Assembly: GCF_009914755.1 (NCBI RefSeq)
Contig: NC_060935.1
Reading direction: 5' to 3' (one strand)
Length of the DNA stretch: 64,000 nt
DNA from: the human T2T-CHM13v2.0 reference genome, Homo sapiens
The position numbers were made by a program, and so were the translations under genes. The notes under the pieces were generated by a model. It was not told the DNA's origin, did not search any database, and saw nothing but the letters and a program-made list of their open reading frames with translations. Shown here piece by piece: positions 1 to 15,788 of the stretch; the first letter of the stretch is position 1, and every line of letters starts with the position of its first letter.

Positions 1-1169
1 AAAGGATACAATATGAAGAAAAGGAAAAATTGACCATGAAAAAAAGATTTGTCTATGAAAATGATTTTTTTTTACATGAGGTATTCCTGTTGTCATTGGA
101 GATATTTATGAGTAGATTCTAATTACCTTGTATTGTTAAAGTGAAAGTCACACTGTACTCTCAGTAAATTTGTGATTTGTTCTTTCCTAATTTCAACAGT
201 TTTTAAACAGTATTGAGGAAAGGTTACTTGCAAACAAAAATTGTTTTTGTGTGTGTTCCATTTGAATATGTAAATATTATAAGGAACATTTAGAATCACA
301 ATAATCAGAGAATTCAGATTAAAACAGCAATTAGAGGTTTTTTTGCCTATCAGATAGGGATTAATTAAATTCATAGTTGCTAATTGTAATGGGATATGGA
401 AAAATAGGTGCTGTTATATACAATTAGAAGTGTAGATTTGATCAACATATTCTAAGGCAGTTTTAGAGGAATGACCTTATTTTAACATGTTAATTTGCAT
501 TCAGCAATTCAGATTATGGGAAGCTGTGTATAGGAAATATGCTTAATTGTTCACAGTAACATATATAGACAGGTGTTTATTTTAGTGGTATTTGCAGGGG
601 AGAAAGGCTAGAAATAGTTGGGCTATGCCCTGGTATCAGGAAATGTTTTAAAGTGAAAACTAATACATATTAACACTTCATAAGAAAAAAAATTCCGCAA
701 AGAGCAGACATTATTTAGCTAGCTTGGTGTAATGTTCATAATATTTCTCAGTTCCAAAATGTATTGGGGATACTTTAATAAACAGTTTTGTTGTGAACTC
801 ATTAATTTGAATAATTATTAATTGCAAACATACCCAAATGTAAGTTCAAGGTACAACAACAACAACAAAAAACAAAAGTAACATTTAATTTACTGTTCTG
901 ATTACTAGTCCATTTATTTCTATGGGTAATCGAGTTGAACATCATATGTATGTTTTTTCAGAGAGTAAAAATCATCTCATGTTTACATCGGTGACATATT
1001 TCTTCTAAATTAAAAAATTTTTTTCTACCAATTTTTTAAGGCCTTGCCTGATGCTACCCTGTCTGTGAGGTTTTTGTTAATTATTCATCTTTAAGTTATC
1101 GCTATCTCTTTTGAACTATAACATATTTTTCTGTATTTTTATCTCATCATTTTCCATAATATTAATAGT

Positions 1170-1410
1170 AATAATACTTTTTGTGCTTTAAATCATACAT
1201 TATACACTGCTTTATTTGCTTTACATATATTATCAGATTTCTCATATTAGCCCATAATAAGGTAGACATTACTATCCTGATTTTACATTGAAGAAACTAA
1301 AATATTCAGAGGTTAAGTAAATTACTCAAGGTCACACAGGTAAGATTAAAGTTTAGGTTTCAAATTCAGGTATGTTTGCTACAAAACCTTGTCACTGTGT
1401 TAGACTGCCT
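1170..1410 (-). mobile_element. MIR SINE (degenerate)
   Basis: MIR core-like ATTTTACATTGAAGAAACT...AGAGGTTAAGTAAATTACTCAAGGTCACACAG. Confidence 0.65.
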
Positions 1411-1740
1411 CTAAAGTGAGTAAGGTAAATGAAATAAATGCTTTGTATGTTTAAAATTTTGTTATAAAGGAAAGGAAATAATGAATTAATGAAATGTTCA
1501 AATTACAGACTTTAAAGTAAATACAGATTTCGTTTTATACTAGTCATAAGGTAATTCAGTGTTAGTAGTTAATACCATTAAATATAATGTGATAATCAGC
1601 TAGCGAAAAAGAAAAAAATTAAAGTTCACGGTTATTTGCTACATATATATATATATAAATTTTAAGTTAGAATTATACCATTTGTTATATCATTTATGCC
1701 ATGTACAAATGAATGAAAATTTCACTTTTTTTCTTTCTAG

Positions 1741-2001
<261 letters not shown>

Positions 2002-4397
2002 TAATCATCTAACCCTATTTATCAAATTTAATGATATTTTCAAATTAACTGCTCCTTTAAATTCTATATAGAATACAATTTTCGTTTCAAGGATCAGACA
2101 TAATATTGAGCTGCTTGGGATGTTAGAGGCAATTATAAGCTCAAATAATTATAGTTGAGTATTCAGTTTTTATTTTAAATACATTGCTGTGATTAGCACT
2201 TATAACAACTATGTATTATTATTCTTGTTAAGAAGTAGAGAACAGCAAGCAAATTTTGTTCCAGGCTTGTACAACAAACTAGTAGTCAGATCACGTTATT
2301 GCTCTATTTTATTCTTTAGAATCTAGGAATTGTTCTTGTTGAGCCAAGAAGAAATGGTCATTATCATATTCATTTTATGAATTACATAGAATTATTTTAA
2401 AATGATTTTTAAGTTTTTTGAACCCTGTTTTCCCCCTTTTACACCTACTGAAGATTACTGTAGCCCAGTAGGCATTGATTTTTATATCATTAGAATAGAG
2501 GATTAATTTCTCTTTAAAATATAAATATTTCAAAATAGGATTTTCTTTAGAAAATAATAAATACTGTTCTAAATGGGTATGCATTATCCTTGTTCAGAGT
2601 GCTTTTACTTGTTTTATTTGACTATTATCAGTATCTTTGCCAATAGCTAAAATCATAAAACTTTAAAACTAGAAACATTGTAGAAATTATTTTACTCAAC
2701 CACTTTATTCCAGATAAGGAAACTAACCAAGAGAAGACAAAATTTATTTCAGTTAATTTTGTCAATTGTAATAATGCTTATAGAACTTAGAAATAGGTAA
2801 ATATAGTTTTTGTAGGGATTTTGATCATCAGTTAATTTTATCAGTTGTCAGCATTAGGGTTTAGAAATGTTGAAAAGTTAAGCAAACCCAGTTAGAGGAA
2901 AAGGATTTCAGAAGTATTGATCACAATCTGGATCATTGTTATGTGATACTTTTATTTTTTTAAAGTTTATGCAGTAGCACCTACATTAGTCAAAACCCAA
3001 TTAATTAGTACTTAGTTACATGACTTCCTTTTTAGCACTCTATCTTATAAGAAAGAGGTTAATCACAAGCATTCAGAGGGCATAGCAATAAACCATAAAT
3101 AAAATAACTCTAATGTATTCTTGAGTTAGTTTTCACTCTATATGTTACTCTTTCTTTGCATTTTCTGTTGATATTTGATACTCAGGATAGTAATTTTTAA
3201 AAATAGTAATTCTTAAAATTTTTAATCAGAAATCATATTGATATCAGTATTTAGTGTGTAGAAAAGTGTACTGGTACATTTTAGGAATATTTTAAACATA
3301 ATATTAATTAAACAGGATGCCTAAATGCCTCATTTCCTGAGCATTGTAGTTAATCAAGGAAGGTTATTTTGGGTTCTGGAATCTACTGATAGAGTAAGTC
3401 ATATAAGAACCAGGAAGTAACCCTTATTCCTTTTCTTTGTGTTCTTTAAACTCGTTATTAGAACTCTATATCGAATTTGTCTCTCCTTTTGGAAAAGCAT
3501 ATAAAAAGCCTGTTGTTACTTCAGAAAAGGGCAAAGGCATTTATTGAAAAAACAATAGGCAAAAGGGAAAAGGAACAGACAACTTGATATAACTATCTTA
3601 TACACATTAAGAACAAAGAAAGATCATATGAACCTAAATGACACTCAACAAGGATATTAACATAAAGGACTTTTTCACTGCAGGTCTAATTAACTATTAA
3701 CCTTTACAAAATCAGTGTCCTTGGGAAAACTGAAATATAAGACAGATACTTATCTCTGAGATTGCTGCAGTGTCTGCTGATAGAGGAAATTCATAAGAAG
3801 CAGAAACTATTATGTAAATCTCAGTAAAACACTTATTTATAATGGTCAAAAATGGAATATTGGTAATTGAACATTTGGGTTAGTTGAGAATATTTTTTAA
3901 AATTAGGGCAAAATATTAATGCTAAAGGTGTTCTGTATTTAACTCAGTCATTTATTCAAACCCAGAATCCTGCAGTTTCTCCTGATTAACAGCTAAGTAA
4001 ATTCTATAGCACTGTACTGAAAATATAAAAAATTTAGAATATAGGGCTGATCATCCCTGATCCTAAGATTGTCCTCTGAAGTTGATTTTCAGGGTAAATC
4101 TTTCATATCCACTTTTTAAATTGCCGATTGTTTCTTATGAAACAAGTAGTAAAATGTACAAAAGAAAAAGAATCTAGCTTAAATTATAGAGTTCAGACAT
4201 ATTTTTTAGTAGGAGGAAGAGGAATAGAATAACAAAATAGAGTGTGAAATTTGGAGTAAATTGACAGATTTTCAGAATAAAATGTTTCTTTTTTCTCTGT
4301 ACATGTTAAAAATATACTTTGTATTGATACTTTCATGTGCCATCACTAATATTACATATATAGCATATTAAAGAGTGACATTTTAAACCATTGTTAA

Positions 4398-4547
<150 letters not shown>

Positions 4548-6217
4548 TAAAATCTGCAGAGCCTTTTAAGAAACTTGAATCAAATGCATCTACTTTGTTT
4601 CTGTCAATAATGTTTCAAATAGTTCTGGAAGCAGAAAGGAATGGTTGAAGTATTTTAGGTATAGGACAACATGTGTAGTAATAATATGGTAAAATAGAGA
4701 AACTGATTATTAAAGAGAAGCTAATGTGTCTTGTCCTAAAACTTTGATAGGCTGGGTACAAAATGTGCTGGATCCCTGAGAACATGAGATAGTTTAGGGA
4801 AATCAGGATCAACTCAGGACTGGATGCTGGGGAAGTTTTTAAATCGATAGAAGTGGCCATTACAGGGTTAGCCACCAATCCAATGAATAGTATCCAAAGG
4901 TAGGTCTGCAGAATTACTGACTTCTGAAAAGAGGAGCACGTTTCCAAGGCTCATCACAATTGTTAGGTTTAAGGTAACCAGACTTTCAAATCCTGTTCCT
5001 GCTGGAGGTTGAGACAACTAATATATTCTATATTCTGTTGAGGATTTACTTGGAACTGAACAATGCTAATCTTATAAATGAAAGGCATCAGTAACTTTAA
5101 GTAAATGAGGCTGGGAAAATGCAGGAGCTGAAATCTCCCGAATGTAAATATATACATTTACCCTGATAACAAAGGATTTAATAATACAGTACTTTGTCTT
5201 TTGAAAGCCAGGAAGGATACTGATCCTTGTGTGAGTTTGTCATAAGTTTTTTCTTTACTCAGCTTTCTAATTATGTTAATATAATATTGGAATTGGCACA
5301 AATTCTGTGTTAACCATTTTCTGGTATTACTGAGCATGTTTTATACTTTTGAGCTGTATAGTTTCACATTTGAAACAGTAGATGGCAGGATTGGATCATA
5401 GCTATTTGTTAAAGTTTATGTTAACAGATAATTAGATGATTATGATTTTCTAGATTCTTAGGTGGTTTATTAATTTGAATCTTGTATAATATATTCAAGC
5501 AGGTGAACTCCTTTTTTGTAAAAGAAAAATTGAATGAAGTGATGTCTAAAACAGGAATGGATTGAAGTATGAAGAGTACTGTACAGGAAAATGAGCATTG
5601 GTCCAAAATTTGCCATGGCCTGAACATCATAGTCTTTTTTTTTTTTTTGTAAAGGAAGCAGGATATAGGGAAGTGAATGATGTTAGGAACAGAAAATGTG
5701 ACAGTATTTCTTAACTATGGGTAGCATTATCTTGAGAATATAGTTGGGTTTTAAAAGGTATGATAAAAATGTTTTATATTTTAACCTTTCATACTGATGT
5801 AACAGCAATGCATTTGCAGTTAAAGAAACATTTGATACATTGAGTTAAGGTCATTTTTATCCTGCTGCCTCAGATAATTGATTACAATAGAAACATAGTT
5901 CAGAGAAAACTAATCTTTAACTCTGAAAAGTGTTTATTATATAAAGCTAAATGTAGGTAGATTCTATGTAGTGACTTAACTCATTAAAACAAAATTTATG
6001 CCTCATAAAATATTTAGAAATTTGGAGAATAAATTAATTGGTGGTATTATGTACGTCTATTTTAAAGAGACCAGGCTAGATGTATCTTTTCTAGTTTGCA
6101 GAAGCTGGAGCCTCTTGGTAATAAATGTCTATGTGTACTTTGCACATAGGTGGGTTACGATGGGAATATATGAAACATTTACAACCACTATTCCTTTTCA
6201 GATTCAAATCTCTGGAT

Positions 6218-6441
6218 CAGTGCTGTCTAATAGAAATTTTTGCAATGATGGAAATAGTTTATATCTGCACTGTCTAATATGGTACTCCCTAGCTACATGT
6301 GACTGTTAATCATTTGAAATGTGTCTAGCATGACTAAGGAACTGACTTTTAAATGTGATTTAATTCTTATTAATTTCATTCAGATATAAAGAGCCATATG
6401 TGACTGTTTTGTAGACATATGTGACATCCATATTAGTGCAG
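6218..6441 (+). mobile_element. MER3 (hAT-Charlie) DNA transposon
   Basis: CAGTGCTGTCTAATAGAA...GATGGAAAT; 8-bp TSD CTCTGGAT/CTCTAGAT. Confidence 0.8.
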
Positions 6442-7041
6442 CTCTAGATCTTTAATGCGTAGTGATGTTTTGTTCAGGAATCTTTAGACTTTAGTAGCAC
6501 AAAACTCATAGACTTATGACTCTGAAATCATCTTGACTTTATATTATAGTACTCCAGAATCGAGATCTCATATCCTTGATTTTGAGTCTTGAGCTTTGGA
6601 TTCTGATCACAGTTTGCCTGACTGATTTCAGCATGATTCCGGTGTTGAACCTCTCATTTCCTGAGCCTATGCCTGATACCAGGTTTCTCATCATTCCAGC
6701 TGCTTTTTTGTCTGTTACTATTGTTCTGCCCTTATTTCCCGGCACAATGCTGCTATCCTCTAGTGGAGTGGTTGCTTACAAAATTGATTTACTTAGAGAC
6801 TTGGTGTTATCTTTGCATCCTGTTACCTTATTCTACAGATAACAGTTGTCAGATATCTGTCTGCATTATCTTTTACTCTCTATTCTTCTCCTTTATCACT
6901 GTGCCTATACTATTTTATGCTTTCATTACTACTTACTTGGGCTATTGAATTAGCCTCTTAATTCCAGTTTCCAGTATCCTTCTTGACTTTATTAATCTTC
7001 CACCTTACACTAGAAATCTTCCTTAAATAAAACTGTGATTG

Positions 7042-7360
7042 CAGTTGTCCCTGGTTATCCCTGGGGGATTGGTTCCAGGCCCCTCCCCTTCCCATGGGTA
7101 CAAAAATCCATGGATGCTTGAGTCCTTTATATAAAATGGTGTAGTATTTACATATTCTCTCTACACATCCTTTCATGTACTTTAAATCACCTCCAGATTA
7201 TTTATAATACCTAAGGCAATGTAAATGCTATGTAAAGAGTTGTTATACTCTATTTTTTACTTGTATTTTTTTATTACTGTGTTTTTTTTCCTTGAATATT
7301 TTTGATTTGGGGTTGGTTAAATCTGTGGATGTAGAAACCTCACATACAGAGAGCTGACTA
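7042..7360 (+). mobile_element. MER2 (TcMar-Tigger) DNA transposon
   Basis: CAGTTGTCCCT...GGGGGATTGGTTCCAGG 5' end; ...GAGAGCTGACT 3' TIR. Confidence 0.85.
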
Positions 7361-8523
7361 TGTATAGTTTGTCTAGTCATTGCATTTTTGGACTCTTTAC
7401 CAGTCCTATAGAATAACGCCCAAATTCCTAGTGTAGAATGTGAAACCCAATTATTACCTCATGACAGAGCTGCAGCCCTTACTTGGAAAAAGTAAATGAA
7501 CTAACACAGATGAGCAGTCTTTCAAATAATGAGAATAGAAAAATGATATGGAAAGCTTTCTAGGTAAAAACAGTAGGCATGTAACTTGTTTAAGACTCTT
7601 CCTTGATGTTTTCTGGTAATTTTGTTCTTGGTTTAACACCATTTGAAAATTAAGCTAAATTATGTTTCAAAATAATTAAAATACAAACAATGAAATATAT
7701 ATAAGGTATTTGGATAAAAAGTAATACCCTATTTGTGTAAAGAATAATACAGGATTTAATTTTGCTTTTATTCATGCTTTGCCTAGAGAAAAAAATTAAG
7801 TATTATAACCCTGGGAGCTATGATAAAAATAATCAGAAGAAAGAAAACCACAGGGAAGAAGAGTTAGTCCCCCATTGAACAGCGACCCTGTTCTTATTGT
7901 TAAGAGTTTATTATTGTTCATCTGTTAGAGGACTTGAGATTTTACTAATTAAGGAGGCCATTCCTTTACAACACCAAAATATGTTTCCAACATCACCTTC
8001 CTCTAGTCTTCTGAAATTCTAGTCAAGCTGAACTATTTGATCTTCTCTCTGTCCATCTGTGCACCCTTTTAATTTAAAAAGCAATTTAACTGGAATAGAT
8101 CTCAACTTCAGTTCTGTATATCCTTAGTTGGGCTCATAAATCACCTTATAAGGATAACACCTGGAGGTCCTTCTCCCTTCTCCAAGGAGAAGTACTCTTT
8201 TCTTCCTCTGAATTTCCATAACACATTCTCTTACGGCGCTTTTCACATTTGACTTTATGTCAGCCATTACTACTCCTCTAAAGCCTGTTTAAGTTCTGTA
8301 AAGAGTTCGAGATTGCATTAAAATGAATCTTTGAAGACAAATGGCTGCTTAACAAGTGTCCTGCAGAGGTATGGTATCCATATGAGATTATGACCCTTAA
8401 TCTTGCCTTCTGCTTAAGTTTCAGATCTGGGATGAGATTTCTGTGGTCAGAAAGTTCCAGGAAAGGTTGTTTTCTGGATTTGCTGATGATAAAATTACCC
8501 ATCTCTGAGTTCTAGTTTTAGTA

Positions 8524-8838
8524 CAGGTTGAATATCCCTTATCTGAAAGTCTTGGGACCAGAAGTGTTTCAGATTTCAGGTTTTGGAATATTTGCCTATG
8601 CATAATGTTGTATCTTGGGGATACAACCCAATATTCATTTATATTTCATATACACATAGCCTGAACGTGATTTTATATAATATTTTAAATAATTTTATGC
8701 GTGAAACAAAGTTTTGACTATATTTTAACTGTGACCCATCTCATGTGGTCAAGTGTGGAATTTTCCATTTGCAGAGTCATGTTTATACTCAAGAAATTTT
8801 GAATTTTGGAGCATTTTGGATTTGGGATGCTCAACCTA
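8524..8838. mobile_element. Tigger4/Zombi-type DNA transposon
   Basis: TIRs CAGGTTGAATATCCC / GGGATGCTCAACCT, flanked by TA. Confidence 0.8.
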
Positions 8839-9440
8839 TACTTAGAGTTAAAAGAAGACTGAACTGCTATTTTTGAACTGAGTGATGGGACCCAGCCTTC
8901 TCTGAGGTCAAACAGCATATATTCAGGGCTCACAGGTCACTCTTTTTGAACAGGTTTTCCCTGGGGAAAAAAATAGGCAAGTTGTGTTCAATTACCCTGT
9001 GGGCTATCAATTATAGTTACCTCCTACACTAAAGAGACTTGCTTTTAAACCCATGAGTCACCATTTATCTTCACCGCTACTGTGTAATGAAATCTAATAA
9101 CTCGTTGCCTGGCAATAGTATGTATGTTAAATTCTGTGCCTTATAATTTATCAGAGACTTACACCAAGGTTATATTAGCAAACTTGACCCTATTTGAACC
9201 CCAGCAATTCAAGAGGGCTAATTGTGTCATCCTACTCAGCTTCTTAAGAGAATAACTCTGTAAATTTAGACATCTACAGTTATCAAGTTTATACAACTGC
9301 ATTGAAACTGAGTTGGTACAGACCTTGTTAAGGTAATTTGTATTGACTGTCTAGAAGTCAGCTCTTAAAATATAGCTTAGCTCAGGGACCATAACTTTTG
9401 ACGTCTCTTGTTCGTTTGCTTTTGACAACTCATTCCCAAG

Positions 9441-10665
<1,225 letters not shown>

Positions 10666-12330
10666 CCAAGTCTGACTTTAATCACCTTCCTGCCAACTAT
10701 TAGTAGTCATTGGAACTACTCGTCTGCTTGTCTTCTGCTTTCTTCGTATTGATTTATGTAATTTCATTGAGGTGTGTATTTATCTGGTGCTGGGCCAGGA
10801 CATGATGGGAAGATTCGGGAACTAATCTGAGAACCTATCATTTGACCTGTAACTCTTAATTCTAAATAGCTAAATGAATGTATGATATACTGAAATTATT
10901 GAAAGACCCTGGATCAAGGTAGAAGACAGTGGAGCAGTGCTGTGGTGCCATTCTGAAAGGAGAAATCTCTCTTTGTCTTGACTATTAATCATAGAATCAG
11001 GGAGTGGGCTTTGGTAGAATACACAGATTTTTCTCTTTTTTTGTTTTCTTTCTTTTTTATTTTAAACTAGAAGCTTTTAGAGTGTGTTTGTATGCTGTGA
11101 ATGATATGGACAAGAAGAATATGAGATTTAATTTTGTTTGCATGTCTAAGTGTTTGAAAGCTCAATTCATTATCTTATTATTATTATTATCATTATACTT
11201 TCAGTTCTGGGGTACATGTGCAGAATGTGCAGTTTTGTTACATAGGTATACACGTGCCATGGTGGTTCACTGCACCCATCAACCCGTCACCTACATTAGA
11301 TATTTCTCCTAATGCTATCCCTCCTCTAGTCCCCCACCCCCCGACAGGCCCTGGTGTGTGATGTTCCCCTCCCTTTGTCCATGTGTTCTCATTGTTCAAC
11401 TCCCACTTATGAGTGAGAACATGTGGTGTTTGGTTTTCTGTTCTTGTGATAGTTTGCTGAGAATGATGGTTTCCAGCTTCATCCATGTCCCTGCAAAGGA
11501 CATGAACTCTTCCTTTTTTATGGCTGCGTAGTATTCCGTGGTGTGTATGTGCCACATTTTCTTTATCCAGTCTATCATTGATGGACACTTCGGTTGGTTC
11601 CAAGTCATTGCTATTGTGAATAGCAATAAATATACATGTGCATGTGTTTTTATAATAGAATGCTTCATAATCCTTTGGGTGTATACCCAGTAATGGGATT
11701 GCTGAGTCAAATGGTATTTCTTGTCCTAGATCCTTGAAGAATCGCCACACTGTCTTCCACAATGGTTGAACTAATTTACACTCACCAACAGTGTAAAAGT
11801 ATTCTTATTTCTCCACATCCTCTGCAGCATCTGTTGTTTCCTGACTTTTTAATGATCGCCATTCTAACTGGCATGAGATGGTATCTCATTGTGGTTTTGA
11901 TTTGCATTTCTGTAAGGACCAGTGATAATGATCATTTTTCATATGTTTGTTGGCTGCATAAATGTCTTCTTTTGAGAAGTGTCTGTTCATATCTTTTGCC
12001 CACTTTTTGATGGGGTTGTATTTTTCTTGTAAATTTGTTTAAGTTCTTTGTAGATTCTGGATATTAGCCCTTTGTCAGATGGATAGAGTGTAAAAATTTT
12101 CTCCTATTCTGTAGGTTGCCTGTTCACTCTGATGGATGGTAGTTTCTTTTGCTGTGCAGAAGCTCTTTAATTAGATCGCATTGGTCAATGTTGCCTTTTG
12201 TTGCCATTGCTTTTGGTGTTTTAGACATGAAGTCTTTGCCCATGCCTGTGTCCTGAATGGTATTGCCTAGGTTTTCTTGTAAGATTTTTGTGGTTTTAGG
12301 TCTTACGTTTAAGTCTTTAATCCATCTTCA

Positions 12331-12447
<117 letters not shown>

Positions 12448-12547
12448 TCAGGTTTGTCAAAGATCAGATGGTTGTAGATGTGTGGTGTTATTTCTGAGGC
12501 CTCTGTTCTATCCTATTGGTCTATATATCGGTTTGGTACCAGTACCA

Positions 12548-12618
12548 GAGGAAAGAACAGGCAGTAATGATTGCTGTTCTGCAGCCTCTCCTGGTGATAC
12601 CCAGGCAGGCAAACAGGG
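12548..12618 (+). other. Inverted ~70-bp copy of this L1's own 5' UTR inserted into its ORF2
   Basis: Reverse complement of 16734-16804, with 3 mismatches and a 4-nt AGGC duplication. Confidence 0.9.
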
Positions 12619-15414
12619 TGTTTTGGTTACTGTAGCCTTGCAGTATAGTTTGAAGTCAGGTAGCGTGATGCCTCCAGCTTTGTTCTTTTTGCTTAGGATT
12701 GTCTTGGCTATGAGGGATCTTTTTTGGTTCCATATGAAATTTAAAGTAGTTTTTTCTAATTCTGTGAAGAAAGTCAATGGTAGCTTGATGGGGATAGCAC
12801 TGAATCTATATATTACTTTGGGCAGTATGGCCATTTTTGTGATATTGATTCTTCCTATCCATTAGCATGGAATGTTTTTTCATTTGTTTGTCCTCTCTTA
12901 TTTCCTTGAGCAGTAGTTTGTAGTTCTCCTTGAAGAGGTCCTTCACAACCCTTGTGAGTTGGATTCCTAGGTATTTTATTCTCTTTATAACAAGTGTGAA
13001 TGGGAGTTCACTCATGATTTGGCTCTCTTGTTTGTCTGTTTTTGTTGTATAGGAATGCTTGTGATTTTTGCATATTGATTTTTTATCCTGACACTTTTCT
13101 GAAGTTGCTTATCAGCTTAAGGAGATTTGGGGCTGAGACAATGGGGTTTTATAAATAATTGAATCATGTCATCTGCAAACAGAGACAATTTGACTTCCTC
13201 TCCTCCTAATTGAATACCGCTTATTTCTTTCTCTTGCCCGATTGCCCTGACCAGAACTTCCACTACCATGATGAATAGGAGTGGTGAGGGAGGGCATCCT
13301 TGTCTTGTGCTAATTTTCAGAAGGAATGCTTCCAGTTTTTGCCTATTCAGTATGATATTGCTTATTGGTTTGTCATAAATAGCTCTTATTATTTTGAGAT
13401 ACATTCCATTGATACCTAGTTCATTGAGAGTTTTTAGCATGAAGGGGTGTTGAATTTTGTCAAAGGACTTTTGTGCATCTATTGAGATAATCATGCGGTT
13501 TTTGTCATTGGTTCTGTTTATGTGATGGATTACGTTTATTGATTTGTGTATGTTGAACCAGCCTTGCATCGCAGGGATGAAGCCTACTTGATCGTGGTGG
13601 GTAAGCTTTTTGATGTGCTGCTGGATTCTGTTTGCCAATATTTTATTGAGGATTTTCATATCGATGTTCACCAGGGATATTGGCCTGAAATTTTCTTTTT
13701 TTGTTGTGTCTCTTCCAGGTTTTGGTATCAGGATGATGTCGGTGTCATAAAATGATTTAGGGAAGATTTCCTTTTTTTCTATTGAGTGGAGTAGTTTCAG
13801 AACGAATGGTACTAGCTCCTCTTTGTACCTGTCGTAGAATTCAGCTGTGAATCTGTCTGGTCCTGGACTTTTTTTTGGTTGGTAGGCTATTAATTACTGC
13901 CTCCATTTCAGAGCTTGTTATTGGTCGGTTCAGGGATTCGACTTCTTCCTGGTTTAGACTTGGGAGGGTGTGTGTGTCCACGAATTTATCCATTTCTTCT
14001 AGATTTTTTAGTTTATTTGTGTAGAGGTGTTTATAGTATCCTCTGATGGTAGTTTGTATTTCTGTGGGATCAGTGGTGATATCCCCTGTATCATTTTTTA
14101 ATGTGTCTATTTGATTCTTTTCTTATTCTTCCTTATTAGCCTGGCTAGTGGTCAATATATTTTGTTGATCTTTTGAAAAAAATAGCTCCTGAATTCATTG
14201 ATTTTTTGAAGGGTTTTTCGTGTCTCTATCTCCTTCAGTTCTGTTCTGATCTTAGTTATTTCTTGCCTTCTGCTAGCTTTTGAATTTGTTTGCTCTTGCT
14301 TCTCTAGTTCTTTTAATTGTGATGTTAGGGTGTCAATTTTAGATCTTTCCTGCTTTCTCTTATGGGCATTTAGTCCTATAAATTTCCTTTTACGCACTGC
14401 TTTAAATGTGTCCCAGAGATTCTGGTATGTTTTGTCTTTGTTCTCATTGGTTTCATAAAACATCTTTATTTCTGCCTTCATTTTGTTATGTACCCAGTAG
14501 TCATTCAGGAGCAGGTTGTTCAGTTTCCATGTAGTTGTGCGGTTTCGAGTGAGTTTCCTAATCCTGAGTTCTAATTTGATTGCACTGTGGTCTGAGAGAC
14601 TGTTTGTTATGATTTCTGTTCTTTTGCCTTTGCTGAGGAGTGTTTTACTTCCCATTACGTGGTCAATCTTAGAATAAGTGCAGTGAGGTGCTGAGAAGAA
14701 TGTATATTCTGTTGATTTGGGGTGGAGAGTTCTGTAGATGTCTCTTAGGTCCACTTGGTCCAGAGCTGAGTTCAAGTCCTGAATATCCTTGTTAATTTTC
14801 TGTCTCGTTGATCTGTCTAATATTGACAGTAGGGTGTTAAAGTCTCCCACTATTATTGTGTAGGAGTCTAAGTCTCTTTGTAGGTCTCTAAGAACTTGCT
14901 TTATGAATCTCGGTGCTCTTATATTGGGTACATATATATTTAGGATGGTTAGCTCTTTTGCATTTATCCGTTTACCATTATGTAATGCCCTTCTTTGTCT
15001 CTTTTAATCTTTGTTGGTTTAAAGTCTGTTTTATCAGAGATTAGGACTGCAACTCCTGCCTTTTTTTTTTTTTTTTGCTTTCCATTTTCTTGGTAAATAT
15101 TCCTCCATCACTTTATTTTGAGCCTGATGTGTCTTTACAGGTGAGATGGGTCTCCTGAATACAGCACACTGATGGGTCTTGACTATCCAATTTGTCAGTC
15201 TGTGTATTTTAATTGAGGCATTTAGCCCATTTACGTTTAAGGTTAATATGTGTGAATTTGATGCTGTCATTATGATGCTAGCTGGTTGTTTTGCCCTTTA
15301 GTTGATGCAGTTTCTTAGTAGTGTTGATGGTCTTTACAATTTGGTATGTTTTTGCAGTGGCTGGTACTGGTTGTTCCTTTCCATGTTTAGTGCTTCCTTC
15401 AGGAGCTCTTGTTA

Positions 15415-15788
<374 letters not shown>

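Noticed and set aside
5998-6948. Several 68-103 aa ORFs in intron 4
   Set aside because: No recognisable homology or splice support; partly within MER3; expected by chance
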